A stretch of DNA of 64,000 nt from an uncultured Thermoplasmatales archaeon (GTDB lineage: Archaea; Thermoplasmatota; Penumbrarchaeia; Penumbrarchaeales; Penumbrarchaeaceae), in NCBI GenBank assembly GCA_963807965.1, contig CAWEDU010000009.1, forward strand, positions 35,577-99,576. The letters run 5' to 3'. The notes under the pieces were generated by a model. That model did no database searches and was not told the origin of the DNA. It was given only the letters and a program-made list of their open reading frames with translations. This document shows, piece after piece, positions 41,662 to 53,407 of this stretch (position 1 is the stretch's first letter; each line of letters opens with the position of its first letter). The translations under genes and the position numbers were made by a program.

Positions 41662-44242
41662 ATTTCGGTGGGACCTGGGAAGAGGGACCTACTTGGATGG
41701 GAGCTGTCTGGGAAGGATTTTGGATAGATGGTGGTGAGGAAGGCCTGTATCTTACCTGAGGATAGTAAGGATGCTGAGCATATTGAGATATCTGACCTTT
41801 CCTTTTTCTACTCCTTGCAATTACAAAGACCACTACGATCGTCAAAATAATTAGGACTGCGCCAAGAGAAGAAAATATCATTAGGAGGTCTGGACCAGAG
41901 GAGGTGCTGGAACTTACATCACCGGCTGATCTGATATCTATCACAATATCTATGGTGTCCATTGTAGACTCTCCACCTGAGTCATAAACACTGACCTCAA
42001 TGGAGTAGATCCCGTTCAAAGGTATCTGGGGAAGGGGGACCAGAAGAGAAAAGACACCATCGTTTGAGGTGTTATCCGGGTAACTACCGTCATCGAACAT
42101 CCTTTCTCCATCTGAACCACCAAGCCCGCTGAGATCAGCAATTACAAGATCGATATCATTGTATCCGTCAGGATCATCAATTGTGGCAGTGAGGATGACA
42201 TCTGATCCAGTATTATTGGAGGTCACCTCTCCGGGTTCAAGATCAAGGAGCAATATTGAAGGGGGAGAATTGGTAGTGTCCTCCATAATTGTAATTGTAA
42301 GGTCCCTTTGATCCGAAGCTCCGGAAGGATCAGATACGATGACAGTTAAGGTATCCGTACCTGGGTTGAAGGGTGCATTATAGGTCACTTCCTCTCCCTG
42401 CCCGGTTATGGTTCCGGTTATTGTGAAATACTCGAAGTTGAGGGGGTCATCATCCTGGTCGAAAGCAACGACTGCTACCCTTGTGGATCCACCTACATTC
42501 AGACTCCGGTCATCTGCATTGAATGATGTTATCACGGGGGGTCTGTTTGGAATCCCCTCTGTTACTTCAATATCTGTCCGTTTTTGGTCTGAAGCTCCAG
42601 AAGGGTCCATGACCGTAACAAGGAAGGAATAGCTACCAGCCTCATCTGGTGCTGTCCACTGCCACGTTGGTCCTGTACCAGTAATTGATCCATCATCTAT
42701 CTCCAAGGAGTAAGTCAACTGGTCCTCATCGATGTCGGTAGCTGTAACAGTAATAGTTGCGGTCGATCCGATTGTAATGACCTTAGGATTAACAGTGAAT
42801 GAGGTGATGGCTGGTCTGTGATTGGTATCTGTATATGACCTTGCAGATATTACCGATTGGTATGCGTCCAGGATACCCCAACCATAGTTTGCATTGTATG
42901 AAGAGGAAAGCTCTGGAAATGTCGGATCCCCTCTTGGCTCCGAGGATCGATGGAGTATCATCTTCACAGGATTCCTCACTGTGTCTGGTCTGATGGAAGG
43001 GTTTGCTTCCATCATTAAGGCCACGACACCTGATACATGGGGTGAGGCATAGGAGGTTCCAGAGCCAGAGGACAATCCAGATGCACTTTGAAGATTGGAT
43101 GTTGTAGAGTGGGATGCGAATGATAGATCAACAGAAGGTGCGGTAAGATCAGGCTTAAGTTCATCCAATCTATCTTCATCGTCGTCATCGGTCCTAGGAC
43201 CGGAGGTGGATCCTGACCAAAAAATGTCATCGGACCTATCTACGGTACCCATATGATCTAAACCACCAACGATAATTGATCTGTCAGGCCAAGAGGTGTC
43301 TGTCTGGTCCTCGTATGGACCTGCAGAGTTGCCAGCTCCCTGGATGACGACAATGCCTTCTTGGACCACATTATTAACTGCAATAGCATTGGCTCCATCT
43401 GGAGGACCAATACTTAGACTGAGAGAAATGATGTCCACTCCAATATATCCACCTCCCCAATCTGTCCACTGGTTATCGACACACCATTGAAGTGAATCAA
43501 GAAAGCCGCTGGTCTGTGGATTCGATGCTCTTGGAGCACTCGTGCCTATCTTGAGGTCTATCAATCCAGCATCTGGTGCAACTCCAACAACTCCATCCAG
43601 ATCTCTTCCCAATGCAATGGATGCTACTCCTGTTCCGTGACCGTTCCTGTCATCAGGATCGAAACTTCCGTCTCTCGGTGTCAACGGTGATTCAGGTAAA
43701 GTGAAATCCACCCCGGCGACGAAAGCTCCCTCAAGCATTGGGTGTTCATTATCAACTCCTGAGTCGATCACGGCAATGGTCACACCCTTACCGGTGTATC
43801 CAAGGTCACGGGCGGTCTGTGGGGAATAAGTTGATGATCGGGAGGCTTTTGTTGAAGGAACAGAACTATCCATTAAAAATTCAAGTTCCCTTTGAGCTTC
43901 TATGACGGAAACACCATCCATGGCAGAGATCCTCTTGACCTCTTCCATTTTGGGTATGATGGCTGTAAACGCGTCAATGATAGTGAACCTTGATTGAATA
44001 GCCCCACCATTCTTTTCCACAGCATCAACGACACTATTCAATTCCTTCATATAGGATAAATGGATGATCACAGGGAAAGGTCCGGGTCCAGTGATCGAAT
44101 CATCGATCCGGTCACCATCCAAATCATAACTGAACCGAGATGGTGTTACAAAACCCTCTGTTTCAAGGCCAGTATTATTGAAAATACAAAGGACCAGGAA
44201 TACAATTACCATGAGAAGGCCGGTTTTTAAGGGCATGATCAC
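41639..44242 (-). CDS. Membrane-anchored subtilisin-like serine protease (S8): signal peptide, catalytic domain, Ig/PKD-like beta-domains, a TM helix and a Pro/Gln/Tyr-rich cytoplasmic tail.
   Basis: 867-aa ORF with the catalytic triad context …VIDSGVD…, …HGTGVASI…, …GTSYASPHVSGVVALM…. C-terminal TM LGAVLIILTIVVVFVIARSRKRKG. Confidence 0.85.
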   Translation of the reverse strand: MIMPLKTGLLMVIVFLVLCIFNNTGLETEGFVTPSRFSYDLDGDRIDDSITGPGPFPVIIHLSYMKELNSVVDAVEKNGGAIQSRFTIIDAFTAIIPKMEEVKRISAMDGVSVIEAQRELEFLMDSSVPSTKASRSSTYSPQTARDLGYTGKGVTIAVIDSGVDNEHPMLEGAFVAGVDFTLPESPLTPRDGSFDPDDRNGHGTGVASIALGRDLDGVVGVAPDAGLIDLKIGTSAPRASNPQTSGFLDSLQWCVDNQWTDWGGGYIGVDIISLSLSIGPPDGANAIAVNNVVQEGIVVIQGAGNSAGPYEDQTDTSWPDRSIIVGGLDHMGTVDRSDDIFWSGSTSGPRTDDDDEDRLDELKPDLTAPSVDLSFASHSTTSNLQSASGLSSGSGTSYASPHVSGVVALMMEANPSIRPDTVRNPVKMILHRSSEPRGDPTFPELSSSYNANYGWGILDAYQSVISARSYTDTNHRPAITSFTVNPKVITIGSTATITVTATDIDEDQLTYSLEIDDGSITGTGPTWQWTAPDEAGSYSFLVTVMDPSGASDQKRTDIEVTEGIPNRPPVITSFNADDRSLNVGGSTRVAVVAFDQDDDPLNFEYFTITGTITGQGEEVTYNAPFNPGTDTLTVIVSDPSGASDQRDLTITIMEDTTNSPPSILLLDLEPGEVTSNNTGSDVILTATIDDPDGYNDIDLVIADLSGLGGSDGERMFDDGSYPDNTSNDGVFSLLVPLPQIPLNGIYSIEVSVYDSGGESTMDTIDIVIDIRSAGDVSSSTSSGPDLLMIFSSLGAVLIILTIVVVFVIARSRKRKGQISQYAQHPYYPQVRYRPSSPPSIQNPSQTAPIQVGPSSQVPPKFNVVSGR

Positions 44243-44412
44243 AACACTCCTTGGGATATCAGTTCAGGTATATGGCGTCGACCACAATGGACCTTAGCTT
44301 CAATACCTTCTGCTGACCCAGCTCAATAAAGGTTTCACCATATATCCCTCCCTCCACTTCGGATGGATATGTCACGATGGTCTTCTTTGGAGGTTGGGGT
44401 ATTGGTATCGGT

Positions 44413-44846
44413 TCATCCTTCTTCATTTGAGTTGCTATAGGGGTAGTACCTTTGAGAGGATGCAGAGGTTTGTTGGGAGGGTGTAACTATCTTTGCCTGT
44501 CCTGGTTGCACTGGTTTGAACTTATTTACCTCGCTCACCGGACCAGATCTTTTGATCTGCGGAGGACCTTTTGGAGCTCCTCTGTCCAGAAGGTTCAATA
44601 CCAGGATCAAGGCGAATACTCCGAGGAGTATCCCTCCCGCAATGAACCGGAAATTGGGGGGAAAAATCCATCAAGGGTCTCCCCAAAGTCCTTGGAAAGG
44701 ACCGGTGCAATGATCAAAACCCCAATATAAAGACCATAAAAAACCAACAGAACAACTGGAAGAATTGGTATCTTTCCTCTTTTTAAACTGTTGGGTCCTG
44801 GTCTGGCGGGGCCACCTTGAACCGGCGGAAACCTGGGATCAGCCAT
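44413..44846 (-). CDS. Hypothetical small single-pass membrane protein, possibly split by a frameshift near the G6A5 run at ~44655.
   Basis: 79-aa ORF (Pro-rich N-terminus, TM ILPVVLLVFYGLYIGVLIIAPVL) overlaps a 65-aa ORF with a Gln/Ser/Tyr-rich tail. A homopolymer sits at the junction. No recognisable family. Confidence 0.3.
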
Positions 44847-44939
44847 CGATTTCAGGTTATCATCTCGGTGGTTTTAAACGTTTCTAACATAGAGGTGTAT
44901 AAATAAGGTTATATCATATGTAAAAACTCCCAGAAAAAC

Positions 44940-45530
44940 ATGGGTGACGCTTTCAACATCGCCTCGGTCCTTATAGGCCTCTTGAGGACCATCATTATCT
45001 TGATCCCAGCAATGACAGCAAATACATTTGCACCATTCACCGGAGGTGGAAAACCTGTCGATTTCTGTAAGACAAGAAATGATGGTAGAAGATATCTGGG
45101 AGATGGCAAGACCTGGAGGGGATTCATAGGTGGGTCCATAAGTGCTACAATACTTGGATTGACCCTTCTTCTCGTCCTTCATTTCCTGAGAATTACGGAT
45201 GTCTCAAACAGCCTCTGGGGGCCATTTCCTCTATCTTTGGTCATAATTTCATCTATGGCAGTGGGATCATTGGTCGGAGATATGATCGGCAGTTTCATCA
45301 AGAGGGCATTGAAAAGACCCAGGGGGACAAAAACCCCTCTACTCGATCAATGGGATTACCTTATCGGAACAACGATCTTCATTCTTCCTTTCTATCCATG
45401 GTGGTATGATGAACTTATCGCTGACAATGGATGGATCGCCCTTTTGTTGTTCTTCATAGTTGCCTGGGTTGCCCATACGATCGCAAATTATATTGGATAC
45501 TGGATAGGTGTGAAAAAAGAACCTTGGTAG
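44940..45530 (+). CDS. carS: CDP-archaeol synthase (CarS)
   Basis: 196-aa multi-TM ORF with …FTGGGKPVDFCKTRNDGRRYLGDGKTWRGFIGG… characteristic of the CarS family. TATA-like gtataaataagg lies upstream. Confidence 0.75.
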   Translation: MGDAFNIASVLIGLLRTIIILIPAMTANTFAPFTGGGKPVDFCKTRNDGRRYLGDGKTWRGFIGGSISATILGLTLLLVLHFLRITDVSNSLWGPFPLSLVIISSMAVGSLVGDMIGSFIKRALKRPRGTKTPLLDQWDYLIGTTIFILPFYPWWYDELIADNGWIALLLFFIVAWVAHTIANYIGYWIGVKKEPW

Positions 45531-45610
45531 AGCACTTGCACCATAAAAACGGGCCCAGAAGCAAAAATAATTTATAATTCACACCTCGATCCTCTTTAAA
45601 AGGGGATGGC

Positions 45611-46156
45611 ATGCCCAGATGGGAGATTCATCTGTCAATTGCATCCATGGCTGTCCTTGTCATTTCAACAGGATATGCCCTTGGAACCTACCAGAGTGGG
45701 TTATCTATCCTTAACATAGGTAAAGGCATCCATCTCATCTTGGGACTGGGTCTAGGTTGTGCTGCGCTGTTCCTCGGTTCGGTCCTTCCGGACATCGATG
45801 GAAGAGGACGGATCAGATGGACGATCGGTCCCCTCTTCGGTGCTTTCGGGATCATACCTCCTTTCATTGGAAAAGTTACAACCCAGGGCATATCCGAGGC
45901 TTTTTCATTCATCTGGGATGAGGGTTCCACAATATTCCTGATCCTGACCGTGGCAGGATCTCTTCTGATAATTCTACCTTTTAAACATAGAGGTTGGATG
46001 CATTCGATTACACCAGGTTTGGTATATGGGTCTGCATTTGGGTCCTATGTATTCCTTTCAACATCACTCGGCCTGGAAGTAGCTTTCCTCGTAGGTGTCC
46101 TGAGTATACTGGGATATCTGTGGCATCTCTCCCTGGACGGAGAGCTCTCCCTGTAG
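45611..46156 (+). CDS. Membrane-bound metal-dependent hydrolase (DUF457/YdjM-like)
   Basis: 181-aa ORF with …LGSVLPDIDGRG… and …HRGWMHS… motifs. Confidence 0.6.
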   Translation: MPRWEIHLSIASMAVLVISTGYALGTYQSGLSILNIGKGIHLILGLGLGCAALFLGSVLPDIDGRGRIRWTIGPLFGAFGIIPPFIGKVTTQGISEAFSFIWDEGSTIFLILTVAGSLLIILPFKHRGWMHSITPGLVYGSAFGSYVFLSTSLGLEVAFLVGVLSILGYLWHLSLDGELSL

Positions 46157-49100
46157 GATATCATCCTCTATCTCTTCAGCGATGATCGGGGTGTAAATTT
46201 GAACCGGTTCCTCAGTAATTCCAGTTCTGCCCCTCCTTCTTAGAATGACCGGGATCAGGATCGAGATAAGGGTCAGGAATATTACGAACACCAACAATAT
46301 TGTCCAGAATGGATCTGGCCCCCCAACATTTTCTTCAACTGGGTCTGAAGTACCTGTGATCCTTAGGACTATCTCCTCCCTTGAGAGAAGGAGCCCTTCT
46401 TCCTCGACGGTGATAATAATGGGATATTTTCCTGGTTCACCTTCGATCATGATCCTTCTTGAAAATACCCCGTCCCCCATCACCCTATCCCCTCCAAGAC
46501 CATCGTCTAGAAGGAATATGAAACCATCTTGGAACAATTCTGAATTTGCCTTAACAAGGACCTCAAAGGAAGTGTCCACTTCAACCTCTATCAGGACCTC
46601 TTCTCCGGTTTCTATTGCAGATGAGGAAATGGAAGTGGTAATTCGAATATCTGCAATGACCTCAAGATCAAAGTACCCCTGGTCCACATCCCCATTTGAG
46701 TCCTGAACCTCCACATAGATCCTGTAGACCCCTGGCTGCAGGTCCAAGGATGGTTCGAATCCTGCGGAATATATGCCATCTCCTGCTTCATCATCCGAAC
46801 CCCTACCATCATCCTTCATCAACAAAGCAACCGGACCATCAATAGGGTCCAGGTCTGTTGTGACTGAAAGTTCATCCCCCGGAAGGTCCGGATCCAGGAT
46901 GGAAGCGGTTATCAGAATAATCAGATCCTGACCGGAGATTATGGATCCGGGTTCGATAATAACTTGATCTACCTTGGGAGGTGTATTGGTGTTCGAAACC
47001 GAGATCTCACATTTGACAGTGTTTGAGTAGATCGAACCATCGAAAGCTCTTGCATTGATCTCATAACCTCCATCCTCAACCGTCCTGGAATCCCATACCA
47101 GGGACCATTCCTCCTGTCCATCAGCTTCGGTCCATTCAAATACTGTTCCCTCTGATGAAATTATCTTGATCTCGACCTTCTCTACGGATATATCGTCACT
47201 TGCTGTCCCTGAGATAGTTACAATACCGGTAATGTTCCTTTGACAATCGATCGATACCTCGGGTTGGAAATTGTAATCGGAAGATCTAACCGTCACCTCT
47301 AGGGAATCTGTTGACCATCCACCATCGTCATCCTTGATCCCCTAGTGTTGCGATGTAAGTTCCTTCCTCGGAATAACCGCTATATTCAAACGTCAGAACT
47401 CCTTCACTTTCATATTCTCCGTCATTGTCAACGTCCCATCTGATCTCCTCTATGTACCATCCAAGTCCTCAGCCGTTCCTGAAAAGGTGACCGGTGATTC
47501 TACTCTGACCTCAACATCATTCCCTGCAAATACCTCCGGTAGCTGGTTCGGAGGGATATAATACAAATATTCAAGGAATGAACCTCCTTCCCCGATCAAG
47601 AGCCGAGTTCCATCAGCACTGGATGAGCCCGATATCGAAATTGAAATATCCCCTCCAGATAAAACTGTGATCTCATCCAAAGGAATGTCGATCTGGAAAC
47701 TTCCTTCACCACCTTGAAGATCAATCTGATCTGATCGAGCAATTTCAGAGGTCCCTTCCGCAAAAAAGGATATTTCATAGTCGAACTTACCCGGTCCAGA
47801 CGAATCTACTATCAACCGGATGGATAGTATTGAGTTCAGGGTCCTGGTTTCCAAAAAAGGGTCAGATACCCATTCTCCTATCCTGCCCCCCATGACCTCC
47901 CTAAACCCAGAAGGACCTGGATCTTTCATCAACCTGGAATTGTTAGTAAGATAGAGGGTCTCTTTTGATGAAGTGACATCGGTAACATTAATGGTTGCCT
48001 CAGCATTATTTGAAGATTCCTCACCACCATTGTCCCTGACCAACAAGGATGCTATATAGGTGCCTCCTCTCTGATATCGGTGTTCTACCTTTGCTGTATC
48101 CACCCAACCACTTACCGTACCATCCCCAAAGTCGAAATTATATGCCACAACGTTCCCGCCTCGGATATTGGTATCCTGAGAAGAGGATCCATCCAAAAGA
48201 AAACGAGTGGTCGTAGTGCCTTCCGTTGGTAACACTTCAAGCTGCGCGATAGGAGGGGGATTTATGCCTAGAACAGTAAGGGGCCTTTCAGCTCCATTGT
48301 TGCTCTCGTCTGATTCCGCTATTTCATTTTCAGGATCTGCAATAGCTGTTATTGCGTGGATCCCGGGATTTGCCATCCAGGTAAAGGACGCGATACCATA
48401 AGAACCAGCGGGTACACGTATCCTATCCTCACCTATCTTTTCCCCTGTCCTTTCAGGACCATCTAACAGTCTTACAAGAGCATCCTCAACAGACCTACCG
48501 CCTGTGTTGTTTACACGTACACTGATCTGAACATTATCTCCATTTTCCGGAAGGTTGTCAGAGAATGAGATCGCCAGAGGAACTATTGAAAGATCTGGAG
48601 GGGAAGGTCCTTCAGTGATATTTACCTCCCTCTCCTCCGAAGAAAAACCCATCCCGTTTATGGAAGTTTCTGCGGAGATGATTCCTGAATCACCCTCCTC
48701 CCCTCTGGGGATTATGGAGAGTGACAAACTGGGAACTGCACCTTCAACACTTGAATTATAATAGGTCCTCATGGTGGTTACCCAGTTGTCACCTGACCTG
48801 ATAGGTCCGATCAATTGAGGATCAGCCCCATAGAGGTCAGCTTCCATCTCGATCTTGTCTGGCCTACCCCAATCATAGGGAGTGTTGATCTCTATCACAT
48901 GTATATCTTCATCGGAATCATATCCTGTCTTTGTGAACTTTCCACTTGCAATGATGTCCACCGGATAACCTGAAGAAACCTCGCCAGGAGCGGAGATATC
49001 CAAGGAGAGGAGGTCCAACGCCCTCTTCACAGCTCCGTATGCATCCACCTGTCCCCATCCTGACCTGGTATTATATTTACTATCCAGGGAGGGTTTTGAT

Positions 49101-50428
49101 GAGGAGTAAACCTGTTCTGCCGTATCCTTCATAATGGACTTTATTTGCACGGGTGTAAGATCTGGGTTGGCCTCAAGCATCAATGCTGCTAGGCCGGATA
49201 TATGTGGGCAAGACATCGATGTTCCTGTCTTGTCAACGTATTCGAATAACGAATTATGATTTGGAGCTCTAATATCCACACCGGGAGCGCTAACATCGGG
49301 TTTGAGCTCATCGAGTTGGTCCATATCGCCATCACTATCTCTTGGACCCCTGTTCGAAAATCCTTGAACAGTGTCATCATTTCTTCCAATAGTCCCTTGA
49401 TCACCATAGGCACCCACAGTAATGACCTTATCAGCAGATGCAGGACTCGGAAGACCCTGTGTACCATCATTTCCGGCAGCTACAACAACAACGACTCCTT
49501 CATCGACAAGACGGTTTGCCAATTGTGAGGTAGTATCCCTGCCGGAGGTTGGAATGGTAGTCCCAAAGGAGCAGGAAACAACCTTTATTCCCCTTTCTTC
49601 ATGGTTATCGATCAACCACTCAAAAGCCTGATCGGAGTTCCCAAGGAAAGATCCGAAAGAGATGAATATCTTGAGATCCACAAGACCCGCTCCAGGAGCC
49701 ACTCCCTGATATGTCCCGGAGGATCCTCCAGTACCCATGGCAGTCCCTGCCACATGGGTGCCATGTCCATCGCTATCATTTGGATTGATCCCGTAAAATG
49801 TGGTGGTTCCAGTGAAATCTGCCCCATACTCGTATTTTCCAATGAGTGATTCATGATTATTATCCACACCAGAATCCATTATAGCAATAGTCACTCCTTC
49901 TCCAGTGATCCCGAGGTCCTCAGCAGAAAAGGGTGAATAAACCGATGATGGTGCAGCTTTTATTGTCGGGGATGAAGTGTCCAGGAACGGGACCATCATG
50001 GGGCGGTATTCTATGAAATTGACACCTCCGATAAGGAGATCTTCATATTCACCAGACTCCCGCACAAGGAGATAGATGGCTGTTGTATGGGTTCCCACTC
50101 GTAAGAATTCCGGGTCAAGTCCGATGGTCTTCGCCCTTCCCATGATCGATCGGACATCATCTGCCGATACAGGGCCTGTCATATGCACGTTTATCCCGAT
50201 CATTCCATCCAATGAATCGAGTTCATCTCTATCATAGAGGAAATCATCGATACTGTCACCGTTGGAATCCCTTTCATATCTATCAAAGGAAAGTGGAACC
50301 TGTGAAGAAAGTGGTATGATATTTTCATATGGATCCATGTCCTCCTCCAAGCTGGTAGCCAATTGTGAAATATTCATAAATAAGATTAATAGGAGAATAA
50401 TGACAGGGAGCATTGACCTTGATCTCAT
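46064..50428 (-). CDS. Membrane-anchored subtilisin-like serine protease (~1450 aa) with PKD/Ig-like domains, a C-terminal TM and cytoplasmic tail. Two apparent frameshifts between 47296 and 47450.
   Basis: The 992-aa ORF has a signal peptide and S8 motifs (…IMDSGVDNNHESL…, …DGHGTHVAGTA…, …GTSMSCPHISGLAALM…). The intervening frame encodes a PKD unit …YIEEIRWDVDNDGEYESEGVLTFEYSGYSEEGTYIATLG…. That unit joins to the 410-aa ORF (…IKDDDGGWSTDSLEVTVRSSDYNF…), which ends with TM ILLVFVIFLTLISILIPVILRRRG and a cytoplasmic tail. Confidence 0.7.
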
Positions 50429-50591
50429 CGATTTCCTCCGGTGGTAATACTAGAGCGATAATATACTTATAGATAATCCCTTTCAATGGTTCCAGACTGG
50501 TGTCAAAGATCACTTTCAAACAAGTTACAACAACCTTAAATAGACCGTATAGAATCAAGGGCGAGTTCTTATAAAAAGGAGGCTTGCTCCC

Positions 50592-51233
50592 ATGAATAAC
50601 GAACAGGAGAATATGAAAACTGGTACAACGACCCTGGGTATTGTTTGCAAGGATGGGGTCGTTATGGCAACAGAGCACAGGGCGACCATGGGAACCCTCA
50701 TAGCGCATAAAGAGACCCAGAAGCTTTTCAGGATCGATGACCATATTGGCCTGACAACAGCCGGTCTTGTTGGGGATGCACAGAATCTTGCAAGGTATAT
50801 TACAGCAGAGGCGGAACTTTACAGATTGAAAAGGGACCAGGTAATGACGATCAAAGCAGCTGCGACCCTAACGGCCAATATCCTTTCCGGAAGCAGGTAT
50901 TACCCATATTGGGTCCAACTTTTACTTGGCGGATGGGACAGGGAAGGAGGACATGTTTACTCCCTTGATGCTGCCGGAGGATCCATTCCGGATAAATATT
51001 GTGCAACAGGCTCCGGATCACCCTACGCTTACGGTGTCCTTGAGGACAATTTCAAGGACGATATGACCACAAGCCAAGGTGTTGATATCGCCATCAAGGC
51101 ACTCAACGCTGCGATGAGAAGGGACAGTGCTTCAGGTAATGGATATGATGTTGTAGTCATTTCAAAGAATGGCTGGAATCCACTCTCTGCCAAGGACCTT
51201 GAGAAGAGGAAGCAAAAATTAAATATCAAATAG
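50592..51233 (+). CDS. psmB: Proteasome beta subunit
   Basis: 213-aa ORF with propeptide and the mature N-terminus …GTTTLGIVCKDGVVMATEHR…. Confidence 0.9.
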   Translation: MNNEQENMKTGTTTLGIVCKDGVVMATEHRATMGTLIAHKETQKLFRIDDHIGLTTAGLVGDAQNLARYITAEAELYRLKRDQVMTIKAAATLTANILSGSRYYPYWVQLLLGGWDREGGHVYSLDAAGGSIPDKYCATGSGSPYAYGVLEDNFKDDMTTSQGVDIAIKALNAAMRRDSASGNGYDVVVISKNGWNPLSAKDLEKRKQKLNIK

Positions 51234-51405
51234 GTCATAAGAGCCGCCGGAACGGGTTTTTCCGATCCAATTACTCATTATTTACCAAATATCGTAATCG
51301 CCATTGATGGTGTTGATGATTATCCTGAAATGATACTCTGGTCCTAATAAGGGCAGGATATCAAGATCAATCATTGGTAGTAGCCCTTTTATTGAATTTC
51401 AAGGG

Positions 51406-53331
51406 GTGGTTAAAACGAGTTATGAGGCGCTAATAAAGCGTATTAAAGCCGATGTGGAATCGATCGTTCCCGAGGGAGTGGAGATCACCGAAGTGGATTT
51501 CGAGGGTCCAGTGGTAGTGATCAAGACTAGGAACATGGACGAGTTTGTTTACGATTCAAATCTAGTCAGAAAACTTGCCCAGGGTCTGAAAAGAAGAGTG
51601 GCCATCAGGCCTCACAGTTCCCTGGTCAAGGATGTGAACGAAGCGAGTGAGATCATCAAGGAGATCATCCCCGAAGAGGCGAATATTACCGATGTCGCTT
51701 TCAACCACGATTCCAACGAGGTCACTATTGAGGCATTATCACCCGGTCTTGCCATTGGCAAACATGGCACCAACCTCAATGATATCAAGAAAAGGACTGG
51801 TTGGGCTCCAGTTGTGGTCAGAACACCTCCCATAGAATCCAGGAGCGTAAAGGATATCAGACAATATCTTAAAAATCCCGATGTCACCGAGAAGAGGAAA
51901 AATTTCCTTAAGAAGGTTGGTAGGAGGATCTTTAGGGATATCCCTGACGATGAGAACTGGGTCCGGGCAACCAGCCTTGGAGGTTACCGGGAAGTGGGGA
52001 GGTCCTGCCATATGTTGACCACTAGGAACTCCAAAGTGCTGGTTGACATAGGGGTAAACGTTGGTTCCAATGACCATCCCTCACCTTATCTTCAAATGGC
52101 TGAGGTACAGCCTTTCGATTCCATCGATGCACTGGTTATAACGCACGCCCATCTGGACCATTCAGGTCTTGTTCCATTAATGTATAAATATGGGTTTGAC
52201 GGACCTATCTATTGCACAGCTCCTACAAGGGACATGATGGCCCTGTTGCAACTTGATTACATTAAGGTGGCTGTCGCAGAAGGAAAGAGACCGCCCTACG
52301 AATCTAAACATGTCCAGGATGAGATCCTCCATACAATCCCGATCAAATACAATGAGACAACTGATATTGCTCCGGATATCAGACTGACCCTTCATAATGC
52401 AGGGCATATCCTTGGTTCAGCCTCACCTCATTTCCATGTTGGAGATGGATTGTACAATATTGCATATTCTGGAGATATCAAATTCGAGAGGACCTGGCTT
52501 TTCAATTCAGCTACCAACCAGTTCCCAAGGTTGGAGGCCCTTGTAATGGAATCCACTTACGGGGGAAGGAGAGATTTCCAGCCTACCAGAAAGGAAGCGG
52601 CAACAGAACTCAAGACCGTCATGAAGAGGACCCTTTCCAGAGGAGGAAAGGTCCTCATCCCGGTCTTTGCTGTGGGCAGGTCCCAGGAAGTGATGATAGT
52701 CCTTGAAAAACAGATGAAGAACGGACAGATCCCAAGGGCGCCGATCTATCTTGACGGAATGATATGGGAGGCAACTGCAATTCACACAGCCTATCCGGAG
52801 TTCCTTAACAATCAGCTGAGGACACAGATATTCCAGCGTAATGAAAATCCCTTCCTTTCTGAATTCTTCCAGAAGGTGGATTCCAGGGATATGAGGAGCA
52901 GGATCATCCATGATCCGGAACCAGCAGTCGTTCTTGCAACATCTGGTATGCTTAACGGTGGTCCGGTCATGGAGTATCTGAAGTACTGGGGATCAGGTGG
53001 GGAGAATACCCTGGTCTTCGTAGGTTACCAGGCAGAGGGAACCCTCGGGCGAAAGATCCAGAAGGGTATGAAAGAGCTAATGATATCCGAGAAAGGAAAA
53101 CCGATGTCAGTTAGCCTCAGGATCAATGCAGAGACCGTAGATGGTTTCTCTGGACACTCTGACAGGAAACAGCTGATCAACTACATATCCACAATGGACC
53201 CAAAACCCAACAGGATCATTATACATCATGGAGATGAGACCAAGGAGATGGACCTGGCCTCTTCGATCCATAGAAAATATGGAATAACAACAACCATACC
53301 CTATAACCTTGAAACCTACAGATTGAGGTGA
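51406..53331 (+). CDS. Archaeal CPSF1 homolog (aCPSF1/FttA), a KH-domain/beta-CASP ribonuclease
   Basis: 641-aa ORF (GTG start) with N-terminal KH domains, the metallo-beta-lactamase motif …ITHAHLDHSG… and a beta-CASP region. Conserved psmB adjacency. Confidence 0.85.
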   Translation: MVKTSYEALIKRIKADVESIVPEGVEITEVDFEGPVVVIKTRNMDEFVYDSNLVRKLAQGLKRRVAIRPHSSLVKDVNEASEIIKEIIPEEANITDVAFNHDSNEVTIEALSPGLAIGKHGTNLNDIKKRTGWAPVVVRTPPIESRSVKDIRQYLKNPDVTEKRKNFLKKVGRRIFRDIPDDENWVRATSLGGYREVGRSCHMLTTRNSKVLVDIGVNVGSNDHPSPYLQMAEVQPFDSIDALVITHAHLDHSGLVPLMYKYGFDGPIYCTAPTRDMMALLQLDYIKVAVAEGKRPPYESKHVQDEILHTIPIKYNETTDIAPDIRLTLHNAGHILGSASPHFHVGDGLYNIAYSGDIKFERTWLFNSATNQFPRLEALVMESTYGGRRDFQPTRKEAATELKTVMKRTLSRGGKVLIPVFAVGRSQEVMIVLEKQMKNGQIPRAPIYLDGMIWEATAIHTAYPEFLNNQLRTQIFQRNENPFLSEFFQKVDSRDMRSRIIHDPEPAVVLATSGMLNGGPVMEYLKYWGSGGENTLVFVGYQAEGTLGRKIQKGMKELMISEKGKPMSVSLRINAETVDGFSGHSDRKQLINYISTMDPKPNRIIIHHGDETKEMDLASSIHRKYGITTTIPYNLETYRLR

Positions 53332-53407
53332 GAGGCTGGAACCTCCGATCGAGGGTTATTTAAAACTCGATCCGAAGGACCCTTATAGGGGTCCTGGAAC
53401 CTATATC

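Noticed and set aside
41639-44242. A C-terminal archaeosortase signal (PGF-CTERM) on the surface proteins and proteases.
   Set aside because: The C-termini are a plain TM helix plus a basic cytoplasmic tail. No PGF motif was seen.
44874-45182. 102-aa minus-strand ORF overlapping the carS start.
   Set aside because: No recognisable features. Overlaps the confidently called carS gene and its promoter.
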